This document shows positions 25,001-37,595 of a DNA stretch of 64,000 nt, one piece after another. The position numbers and the translations under genes are program-made. The stretch covers positions 15,693,319-15,757,318 of the forward strand of contig NC_068987.1 in the NCBI RefSeq assembly GCF_001194135.2, in the 5' to 3' direction. This DNA is from Octopus bimaculoides. Lineage: Eukaryota. The first letter of the stretch is position 1; each line of letters begins with the position of its first letter. The notes under the pieces were generated by a model. It saw nothing but the letters and a program-made list of their open reading frames with translations. It searched no databases and was not told the DNA's origin.

Positions 25001-28000
25001 TAAATGCTGCAAATATTTTTTAAAATGTGTATATCATAATTCTATCTTCAATTTTCTTTACTCTCTAACTTCCATATTAACTATGTTACTGTTTGTTTCT
25101 TTATACTCTTTTACTGGTTCCACCCACTGGGTTCTGATCGTAGTGAGGCACCTCATCTAAATATTAAATGTATTGTTGACTTTTAGTTGCAGATTTATAT
25201 TTATTATGTTTCTGTTGATATTGTTGTTCATTTGAATTTCAAATTTAATCCTTGAGAATCATCAGGTTGATTTGTCAACAGCTTACTATTTTTTTATGGC
25301 GAGAAAGATGAGCTGATTACTTCAAGAATATTTATGATCTTTCTATGTCTATTGAGGTTTGGGCATTTTATTTTACAGGATGTTAAATAATAATAGCCTT
25401 TTTATATTATTTTGCATATCATAAAAATTGTTTGTTTTCTTCAGTGTAGAAATGTCTCAGAGCTTTATTTCCAAAGAGCTAAAACCAACTGCAAACCAAT
25501 TTCTAATGAAGTGAAAATTTATGGAGACTTAAAAAAATATTTGTTATGTGTATCAGAACCCAATATGTTTTCTAAGTTTAATCTCTCTCTCTGTCTCTCA
25601 AACAAATATATATACATTTGTTTTTGTGTGTTCCTTTAATATATCTCTTTTTGTATATTTTACTTATTTATTTGGTTTTTTTAATTTTTTTTATTTAGCT
25701 TATCTGTGGAGTCAACATTTTTGAAGTTCATTCTTCATCCTTTAGTCTATTTTCAAAGATAAATCCACTAATATAGTTTTGTAATTTTGAAGTCAATTCA
25801 CTGAGATTAACTTTCTGTTAGGTTGAGCAGAGCCAATGGCCAGTCCAAAGTTTCAATTATTAATCTTATACAGAAACAATTTTATCTATCAAAACAGAAA
25901 GAGAAAAAATTTCTAATGAGAAACATTTTCTTTGACCAAAAATGAAAAGAAAAGGCTTTTTAGACTTAAAAGTTCTTGGACCCAGAAAGTCCTTGAGGAT
26001 ATTCTATGAATCTATCATGAGGTTTTTGAATCACTTACATTTTAAAAGGTTGTTTAAATGCTTAAAGAAAATGAAAGATGATAGGTAGTGAGTATGATAA
26101 CTATATAACAAACAGATGCACAAGTCAAGGTTTCATGACTGTTATCTTGCAGCCCACTTAATACTTTCTTAAAATGGGTTTATTTAAACAAACATTTTAA
26201 AATTTTTATCAAGAATTAAAGATTGTAATGAAAAGTGAAAAAGAAAAGGAATTACTGTTTTTGCAATAATATTCCATATTGAATCAACAATCATTCATTC
26301 ATTATTGTAATAATAGCATAAGAAAATAAAATGCTTTCAATTCTGTCAGTATACAAGTGGCCCTTAAAAAACTTTCTGTGATTAAAGTAGCCTGCAATGT
26401 AATTCAAGTTGGCCAGGCCTGTCCTAGACCATTCAATTGTGATAGCTTTATTTAGTGGAACTCTCTTAAACAAGCATAAATGACCTGCATTTTTGTTGAT
26501 AACTCAGAACATGACCCAGCTTAATATACACTTATCTACTACAAACAGAACTGAACTAACTTTTATCTCAAATATAGAAAGCTAAATCAAAATAGTAATG
26601 GATACCATACGTTGCTTGTGTAAGCTAGACTTACACATTTAACTGGTTTGGTTTACTCAAGAAATTATAGTAATTTAACGCATACACAAGTAGTAAATGT
26701 AACTCTCTGCTGTTATTACAGTGTACTCTTGTATAAAGTGGTTGATGTAAGTTCTAAAATAAGCCTTTATTTCCGTCCGTCCTGAGAGGGTTGTGGGTAA
26801 GAAGTAGAGCCTTTGGTCACCACTTATATAAAGCCCTATCAGAAGCAACTGTCTGCACTCTCTGGATGGACTCTCAAGTGTGACCAACTGAGATTATGGA
26901 TATTATCCAACCATCTTGTTTTCAGTCTACACCTAGGTTTCTTGTCTATTGGCTTGGTTTGAAGAATCCATCTTGTGATTCTTCACTATGACATTCTAAT
27001 CATATGTCCATAATACAAGATTTATGACCTCCCAATGCAGAGAAATAGCAGACTGACATGGAGAGGCTCCATGATTTCCAAGCTATGTACCCTGTTGAAT
27101 AACATTACTAATTTTCAAGTTATATTTTAATAGTACTTCAAATTTCAGGAAAATCTCTTCAAAATTTTATTACACCTTTAATGGTTTCAACTTCTGGTCT
27201 GTGGCCATGCTGGGGCATCATCATAAACGAAACAACTTTGGGTTTACTACTCTAAATTGACACCTTAGCTCTGACCACACTTCACCAGTAGTTACAGCAC
27301 ACTTTTTGAACTGTTTCTATCTTTAAAAGCACTCAATTTCTAAGCTTTTATTTTATTTACAGCTGGTCATGAAATATGACCCAATTTTACTTTTTTTTAT
27401 TTTATATTTTCATTTCTTTGTTGTCTCTCCTTTTGCTATAAAGACAAACACAATGATGAAAGTATTGGGCGAGAAATTGTTCAGATTGGAAGGCGCCGTG
27501 AATCTGTATTTATTCAGGTATTTCTCTAGTTAATCAAAGCATTGTGTTCTGGTTTGAAGACGCTCTGTTCAAAGAATTTTACATACTGAGACTGTGGTCG
27601 AATGGAAGGAAAAAGATTTTGCCTTGTATTTATATTTAGAAGGAATCCTATTTTGAATATGTCTAAAAAAAAAGATACAATATTTCTAATAATTTATTTA
27701 TAATCAGAAATAATTGCATGAAATTTTGGTTATCCTGACATAAAATTGAATTTTATTAGTTATAGAATAACTATAGTGTTATAGAATAAAATTAATGGAA
27801 ATGAGCCAACAATGGAAATTTGAAATTCTTTGGGCATATCAAGAGTTATAGTTCCATTATTAGGCCTTAGTAGAAACAAAAATGGAGGAGGAGAAAACCA
27901 GAAAAACAGTATAGTATACAGTATTCTAGATCCTTTACAGTCAATCAGTTTTGCACTGGATATTAGGTAACTGGTCAGTTATGTATTAACTGTGTGCCCA

Positions 28001-31000
28001 TCAGAGATGGCAGGTATGGAAAAAAAGAGTATATCTATATATAATAGTGCTATTTCATTTGACCCTTATAACAAGAGTATTCTATTAATATGGAGGTCAT
28101 TCTATTAGCATAGATAGATTGAGCAACTGATATTAAAAAAAAGACCCATTAAAGGAACTGTGTTATGCCATGATATGGTTATCTTCATATTTCTTAGATG
28201 GGTTTTGTAAAATGTGAAGTAATGCTTTTTTTCAGAAAACTACTACATTCTCCAGCTTCTTCAGATCTTTAAACAGTTCATCCAGAAAGGAAAAAAAATA
28301 CTTCTTTGTTGTTCAACAACTAAAAGCCAGATGTTATTTCCATTTATCTTAAAATTACTTAAGTTTTATTTTAAGCAAAAGAGAAAGAAAACGCAAGTTC
28401 AAATATTTGCTATCGCTTTGTTTTGTGTTATATATGGATAGATACATCACTACTTCACTTGTAAAACTGTCTGTAATAGAGGCTTCTCTCCAGTTTTCCA
28501 ATTAATTAGTTAATGTTAAAAGCATGTGCCTTTTATAACAAGACTAAATTACAGGGTCAGTAGCTTTACTAAACGATTCATCTGTTGAAATTTGATAAAG
28601 ATCTGCTGCTGTTGTGTGTTAGAGCTATTAACAATAGCTCTGATTCAGAACACATTTACAAACTCAAGTATTTTCAATACCTTGTCTATGATTAGACTGA
28701 AAACAATACTTAGACCAAGAATAAAAATCAGAGGTTGTGACTCATTCAGTCTAGGGGAGACATAAAACTCTACAAGGCAGTGTTAGACAAAGAACTGAGC
28801 TATAAATAAATAAAATAAGAGATTTAAAAGCTGGTAACTAGTGACAGCAATTCACGAATTATTACAACAGGGAACAGCAGATCAAGATATCAAGCTAGCT
28901 TTAGATTGGAGACTTGGTTTGGTCTAATTGTTCACAACAGAGTGAACTTTATTACAATGCACTCAAGAGTCAGGTGGTGTTATTAGATAATAACAAAATG
29001 AATATTGCCACTTTAAGGGAATCCCTCCTCTTCACTATTAGATTGGAGAGGAAAAGTAATTTTTGAGTAATAAAAAAAATCAAAAAGCCGACAAGTTTGA
29101 TAAATTAAGACTTGCATACTGCTTCCTGCTTGCTGAGCTTGGTTCCTTCCCTTCACAGGCTGATAGTCCATCCCTCCCTTCACTATATCCACAGTTTTTC
29201 CTTATAAACCTGTCTACTGAATTAACACCACTATGCATTTATTTATGTATTTATTTGACTCATGTATGTGTGAATTTGGTTTCTGTTTGGGGTGGTCAAG
29301 GGGAGAGTTCTTTTTGTTTTTTTGTTATATTTTTCTCTATTAAATAATTCATTTGCATTTTATTTAAAGGTTTCTAACTGAGCCGTTTATTCTTTTGGTG
29401 GTTGCTGTTACTGTTGCTGTTGTTTTCCCCCCAATTATCGTTGTTCTTTTTCATGTTTATTTCTCAAGTTTATCTTTTTCAACTGCCATTTTGCAGGTTT
29501 CACTAATAGCCAACCACTCTTATAATATAAGGGGGGGTCTCTACCTGGTTGCTCACCCAATAAGAAATAGCAGCTAAATATCCACCATGTTGCACTTTAG
29601 TGTCTTAAAAACAAAGCAAGGTCATATTGTATAATGTAGGTGTCTAAATACATGACATCTGAACAAAAAAAAAAGATGGGATGCTCATGGCTGAAATACA
29701 TTTGATTATAGTCCTGCTAGCTCAGGGTTGCCTGGGGCTAAACAAAAGCAAGTAATATTGCCAGGATTGAATGAATAAAACTAAATAAATAGGCCAGAGG
29801 AGAATTCAGTGACCTAATGAATGAAGTGTTGACTTCTTGATTAAATAGCTGAGATTTGGCTGTTATTTCTAGCAGATTGAGCAACCTGGTAGAAGTTTCC
29901 ACATCCATATACTAAGTTAATCAATTATAATGCCACCCACCCCTCTTTTCTGGCCTTAGTTCCATAGAGAAGAAATAAGTTCTTGAATCAAAATTTGGCT
30001 GAGTAAGCTAAACGTTTACTCTAGAAAATCTAATGCTTAAGAATTCACATCATTTTGAATTAATTAAACCCTATGTCATAGTCTTGAGATTTTGCTGATG
30101 TGATTGTTTATTTTTAGAATGACATTGTAGGATAGGTGTGAGAGGCTGAATCTGACCAGTTTGAACATGAAACTGGTAGAATATTTGGGTTGGTGGATAT
30201 GGTGAGTTTAAATTCTAAAAGGTTAAGAACCCATGTGAGCCATGTGATGGTGCTGACCTAGCTAACAGTTTAAGTTTACAAACTATTATAATTATTCAAT
30301 TTCACTCCATGGAGCAGAAACATGGCCTCTCTTGAAGACTCTAACAAAGAGGATCAATGGCTTCGATAGCAGAGCCCTGGGAACCATCAAGAACATCAAA
30401 ATGGTATCATCATCTTTCCAACGAAGAACTACATGTGTGCATGCATCAGCTCACAGCCTCCCGCCTCATAGCTATCCGTCACATGTGTTGGTACGAACAT
30501 ATCCTCTGTCTCCTGCTAGATCATCCTTCCAGGGCTTTACATTCAATCGATGCAGTAGCTGTAGGCTGGAAGAGGCCTTATAGCAGATCACACGCCAGAT
30601 AGCTGGATGCGATTAAGGAAGATCTCCAGAGGCTCAATGCCATCTTGGAGGAAGCAGAGGGGCTGGCACAGATACAGAGCACTGTGATACAGAACACTGA
30701 TAGACTTGGTCAGCTGTACACATGATGACATCTCCCATCAAGCAAGCAAGAAGCAGCTTCACTCTACATACATTATTTACTTAAGCACATTACTTCTTCC
30801 TATGACATATAGGCCATTGATGACTCCTTTTTCAGCTTTGCCAGTTGGCTCTGCAGATTCCTTTTGGAGTTTGCTTCACTGCATCATGTTTCCTTGGGAG
30901 AAGGCCTTCTTTCAGGTCTTGTCAGTTTTGAATTGTTATTAATGATTCTGTAACTTTGCGTTTTTCTAGGTAGGGGTATAGGTCCTACACATACCCATTT

Positions 31001-33366
31001 ATACTTCTGGGAAGAGGTGGTCCATATTAGTCTGGCCTTTATCCTTTGACCTGTCCGGCATATGAGCTCCTACCAGGAACTTGAACTTCACTAGCCTATC
31101 TCTCAGGGTCACTGAGGCACATGAGTTACCACACTGCAACAAAGGTTGGACTTTTATGCATACAACTGTACATACAAAGTGTTGTGCAGTGGTATCAAAC
31201 CTGGAACTTTGTGGTCATCAAATGAACTTCTTAATCACCTGCCCAGATCTGATCTCATTTGTGTATGTTAAATCTAAATATAGAGATAAATATTAAAAAA
31301 GATGGAAAGCTAGTCCTAGTTAGGATTCAAACCCCACACCTTCTGCTAATCACCCTCATGCTTTTCCCACTTAAACTTACAACTCATTGCTATTTTCCCT
31401 TCAAAATAATCACATAAATTAATGTTGCTTATGTGATTTTTTTTTTTTCAGCCAGGTACGATTTTTTTCCCCCTTTCTTATTTTAATTTTATTATAACTG
31501 TTGTTTGTATTATTCAAACAGAGTTTTATCAAGAAGCTATTTCCAAACTAAATTTTGTATTTGTTTCTTTATTAAAATGTTCATTTTATGTTATTTATAT
31601 CTTTCAATTAACTGAGATAGCCTTAAGCATGTATAAGGATCAGAAACAACTTACCCACCCATCATTCCTGAGCTTCTGTCCCTAATTTCTCTTATATTTG
31701 CCTTCTTGTAGCTTATGGATACACCCTGGTACCTCATCACCATCATCTTTTCTATCATTCCAGCTGGGGTAGAAATGTATCTTCTCTACAGCAAGACACC
31801 TGTCCCTGCCTCTCTATCACAGTTAAACCACTCAACACCTGGCATAAAGCCACTTCCTTCAATATTACATTCTCCCTACACTCAATTGAAGGGCCTTGTC
31901 TTGCAAGTTATTTGATGGTTGATGGCTCTCTTCTTGAGCCAGTGCCATGAAAAAAGCCCCTGGTATACTCTGTAAAGTGGTTAGCATTATGAAGGCCATC
32001 CAGCCATTGAAACCATACCATACCAATGCAGACATTGGCGCTCGATGTTGTTCTCCAGTTTGTCAGATCCTGTTGAACCATTCAACCCATGCTAGCATGG
32101 AAAACAGATATTAAATAATGATGATGATGATGGTATATATGAGATTCTCTTGTACAAATCATTGTCATCTCCTTCATCATTTTACATTTTCTTTCTCTTC
32201 TATTATGAGTTGGATGGCTTGTCTCTATCTGAATCACATTTTATTGGGAGTTACTGTTATCTTAGGCATAGCCAGGGGTGTGACATCCGTGATACCCTTC
32301 TTATTACCAACCATTTTACAAGAGGTAACTGGATGCATTTCATCATGGCTCCAAGTTGTTGTGAGTTTGTCAAGTCCTCAAGTTCTACCTTTCTACTCAG
32401 GGTTCATAGTGACCTTACTAGTGCTGGTGGTACGTAAAAAGCATCCAGTACTCACTGTAAAGTGATTGGCATTAGGAAGGGCATCCAGCTGTAGAAACCA
32501 TGCTAAAGCAGATAATGGAACACGATGCAATCCTTGAGCCCACTGGATCCTTCCTGTGCCAGCTTGGAACATGGACAATAAATAATGATGATGTTAAAGG
32601 CTAATTGAGATTTTCAGGAGTTTGCTCCCTTGTCCCTTCTGAGAATAAATTTTCAATAAAACTAGTTAATTTTTTTTACCTCATTAGAACTTTAATTTCA
32701 GTTATGTAAAAGATCTTTTTATCCCTCATCTCATACATGATACATGGTAGACTGCACATGCAAAAGGTAAAAGTTTCCAATGTTACAATTATCACCATTA
32801 TTTTAGCATCCATTTCTCTATACTTGTATAGATTAGACAAGTCTTTTCCAGTACATCATCAGGAAAAGATTCATCTACTTGTTCTGGATCTTTATCATCT
32901 TTTCAGTGAGGTTTAACCTCTTATCATCCATCTTCATTGCTTCTTATGTCTTCCTCAGTTTTCCTCTTCTTCAGGTTTTTTCCACTTGGATCTCCTGACA
33001 CTTCCGTAACCAAATGTCATCTCCACTTCCATACACATCATATGTCTGTCTCCTCTTTCACACACAACATCTGATTCCTCTAATACAGTTTTTCTCTCTC
33101 AGCTTTTGTTTCTTTTATAATTTTATTCTAACTAACAAAGAAATTATAACCAAATTTATGTTTTGATTCAATAACTTCCTGTATTTTGACTTATAAATAC
33201 TTAGTTCACTTCTATAGGGGAGATATTGTATGAACATTAGGTTTTATCAAAATAACTTATGAAAGCTATATAATAACCATGTATTTATATATTGTTCAAA
33301 AATACTTAATATTTAAAAATGCTAAACAAATATTTCTCTTATTGTTATCATTGTCATTATTGTTGC

Positions 33367-33408
<42 letters not shown>

Positions 33409-36400
33409 GGCAGAAATCTTTATAGTTCTGGATAAAATACTTCGCAGACTGTAATTGTGTCCCTTAGGTTAACTTCACTTTTCATCCCTCTAGGATCACT
33501 AAAACAGTTACTAGTCAACTATGGGCTCAATATGATCAAATATACTTCCTCCCTAAAATAAATGGCCTTGTGCCTAACTCAGAAATCATTATCATTATTG
33601 AAAGCAGTGAGCTAGAAGAATCGTTAGCATGCTGAATGAAATGCATAGCAGTATGTCACCCGTTGCTATGTTCTGAGTTCAAATTCTGCCAAAGTTGACT
33701 TTACCTTTCATCCTTTCGGGTTTGATAAATTAAATACCAGTGAAACACCGGGGTTGATGTAATCATCTTGCCTCTTCTCCAAAAATTTCAGGCCTTGTGC
33801 CTATCATAGAAAGAATTATCATCATTATTCTTCTTCTTATTATTATTATTATTATTATTGTTATTATTATTATTGAACGCAGTGAACTGGCAGAATCATT
33901 AGTATGCTGGACAAAATGCTTAGCTGTATTTCAGCTATCGCTACGTTCTGTGTTCAAATTCCACCGAGGTCGATTTTGCCTTTCATCCTTTCAAGGTCAA
34001 TAAATTAAGTACCAGTGAAACACTGGCGGTCGATATAATCAACTAGTCCCCTCCCTCCAAACTTCAGGCCTTGTGCCTTTAATAGAAAGGATTATTATTC
34101 ACATTCTCAGATAAGTGAGGCAGAATTTACTGCCGAAATTTATCACAGATTTTGGAAACATCCGATACCATTTATTACTGATGTTTCCCTTTTGTTCTGT
34201 TCTTAGTCTGGACCGGCAATTGAGATAACTCAACCTGTGGATGACGGTAGTGAAGAACAAGGCGAAGAAGACGACGATGACCGCCAGGGCCAGTGGTTAC
34301 GACGACGGAGGCTAGACGGGGCCCTTAACAGAGTACCTGTTGGATTCTATGAGAAACTTTGGAAAATCTTACAAAGAGTAAGTACAAAGTTCATTTTCTT
34401 TCTGTTTTATCTACGATAGTCTTCTGTAGTTCTTTTACTGTGTTCAGTAGTGATATCAATAGAAAAGGTTATAGTGAACTTCCCATGGGGAGTGGAAAAT
34501 CCAATGTTTTGGACAGATATATACAATGAAACTATTGTAACCAATTTTTTTTCTTAGAGGATGTAAAACCCTGCTGCTAATCTTTAATTTCTCTCCTGTC
34601 AACTTTTCCCCGAAGAAGGACTGTCCAAAACATTGGATTTTCTACTCCGCATGATAAGTTCCCCATACTCTTTTTATCCATTTTACAAAATAATACAAGT
34701 CTTACTGACGCAGACCAACACGAACCTGTTTCTTTGGAGTCTGATTGATCGTGTGTGTGTGTCTGTGTGTACATGTACTCCCACACACACATTTATATGT
34801 ATATATTTTTGTTTGTATGTATGTATACAGACCTTATTTTCTATATTGTAATATCAATTCCACATATAAGGCAACAACTTGGCAGAATCGTTAACAGGTG
34901 CAGGAGTGGCTGTGTGGTAAGTAGCTTGCTTACCAACCACATGGTTCCAAGTTCAGATCCACTTCATGGCACCTTGGGTGGTCTTCTACTATAGGCTTGG
35001 GCCAACTAAAGCCTTTTGAGTGGATTTGGTAGACGGAAACTGAAAGAAGCCCATCATATATGCATATATATATATATATTTAAGTAATAAGGGTGCAAAA
35101 TTGAATATTAATTTGATTAATATCAATTTAAAACCAGTGGCCTAGCTTATTGAAAAATCTGAAGATTCAGAAAAATTATATTACATACATATAAGAGGGA
35201 TGACTACTAAGAAAAGATTGTTCTCAGAACAATATAGTCAGACCATAGGTGGTCTTCTTCTAGCATAATGGATGTCCACTTAGTGGTCATCCCTCTTATA
35301 TATATATATATATTATATATATATATATATATATATGTATATGTTTGTGTGTCTGTGTTTGTCCCCCCAGCATCGCTGGACAACCGATGCTGGTGTGTTT
35401 ATGTCCCCGTAACTTAGTGGTTCAGCAAAAGAGACTGATAGAATAAGTACTAGACTTACAAAGAATAAGTCCTGGGGTCGATTTGCTCGACTAAAGGTGG
35501 TGCTCCAGCATAGCCACAGTGAAATGACTGAAACCAACAAAAGAACGAAAAAAAAAAGAATAAAAGAATGCCAGGCAAAATGCTTAGTGACATTTCATCC
35601 GTTCTGAGTTCAAATGCCACCAAGGTTCACTTTGCCTTTCATCCTTTCAAGGTCAATGAAATAAGTACCAGTTGAAAACTGGGGGTCAATGTAATCAACT
35701 TGTACTCCTTCCCCCAAACTTGCAGGCCTTGTACTAAAATTTGAAACCAAAATTAATTCCACTTATAAGATGGCAAGCTGGCTAAATCGTTAACACATCG
35801 GGCAAAATACTCTGCAGCATTTCATGTCTTTACAGTCTGAATTCAAATTCCACCAAGGTCGGCTTTGCTTTTCATTCTTTTGGGGTCAATAAAATAAGTA
35901 CCAGTTGAGCACTGGGGTCAATGTAATCAACTTAACCACTTCCCTGAAATTGCTGGCCTTGGGCCAAAAATTGTAAATCAATATTAATTCCACATGTATC
36001 TGTCTCTGTAGGTTGAAACCCTGTCTATTGCCAACAACACTCTGGAGACAATTCTAACAAGAGAAGTAAGGATTTTTTTTTTCATTCTTTATTTGTAATC
36101 TGCATTTTTTTTTAAATATGTAATTACATTTTAATTGTAAAACATTGTCTGAATATAATAATTCAGTTTATAATTAATCACTTACGCTATTGTTTTAAGA
36201 ATTATATTTATTAAAGGACTTCCATAAAATTTATTATTCTACATGAAATTAGTGTTCTGAATAATTCTGCTGTTTCTATGAGTGAACAGTAACAGTTAGA
36301 GTAGTAGACCTAGCACACCACTCTGTTTAACACCATTTGATCAAACCAATTAGAGAACTTCCTTTGTAAATGGTGACCAAATATTTCTTATATCAAATTC

Positions 36401-37540
36401 CACGCAATAAAATACACTAGATAATGGTAATCCAAGATGGTTATGGCTGGAAGGCTTATGTCTATCCATATCTTTTTTTATCTCTCTCTCTCTCTCTCTC
36501 TGCTTACCCCCTTTCTCCTCCTCCTCTCTTCCTACCTAATATATAACTTCTTGCAAATGTATCAGTCTGTCTAACTATGTAGTTAATTGCTTCTCTTTCT
36601 ATTCACCTATTCATATTCATCTTTCTAACTACACAGATGACATCTGGAGAGTTCAAATTTGCCCTGCAAGTCGAGACAGTTCTAAACATGATTCCACAGC
36701 CAGAGTACCGACAACTGATGGTAGAAGGTATGATAGTTCTAACCACACTGCTTGATGTTGACCCCAACTGTCGGATCAAACTTCACCGTACTATCTATAT
36801 TGACAAAATTGTACAAGAGGCCAACCAGATTTACCTAAAAGAACAGGTCAGTACTTTACTACCTTCTGGTTCTACGATACACAACATCTAATTTTAAAGT
36901 ATATATATTTAAATCAAACAATTTCATTCAAATTTGAAAAAGAACCTTATGCTAAAGTTATGATACTAATATTGTTTCAAGCATCATTTTTCCATATATC
37001 TCTATGGGTTGGCTGGCAATGTTTCATGATGAGATGTCCTTCCATTTACCAACTCTTATCTGTTTTTTTAAATTCAGTATTTTTATTTTTCTGGTTCATC
37101 AACTTACATAAACTACCAGACTGGAGAGCAAATTGTTATGGTAAATATGAACAAAGTTGCTGAGTTGCCCGGACATTGTCAGTGTGAAAACATGCAGAAA
37201 CAAACGCACTCAAAAATCACTTGCCCAAGATGCTCGCAGTGAGATGTAATCTAATAGCTTTTGATTAACAAAAGTAAACTACACAATCATGTAGAAATAA
37301 GCACACACACACGCACAAAAAGAAACACACATACTCTCTTTTACCTGTTTCAGTCATTTGACTGTGGCCATGCTGGAGCACCGCCTTTAGTCGAGCAAAT
37401 CGACCCCAGGACTTATTCTTTGGATGCCTAGTACTTATTCTATCAGTCTCTTTTGCCGAACCGCTAAGTTACGGGGACCTAAACACACCACCATTGGTTG
37501 TCAAGCGATGTTGGGGGGACACAGACACACAAACATATAT

Positions 37541-37595
<55 letters not shown>

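Noticed and set aside
29159-29263. Possible phase 0-0 PHKA cassette exon ([17 protein letters not shown]...)
   Set aside because: Good acceptor, but the second half looks intronic (T-rich, low complexity), the donor cat|gtatgt is distant, and there is no homology. Insufficient without RNA data.
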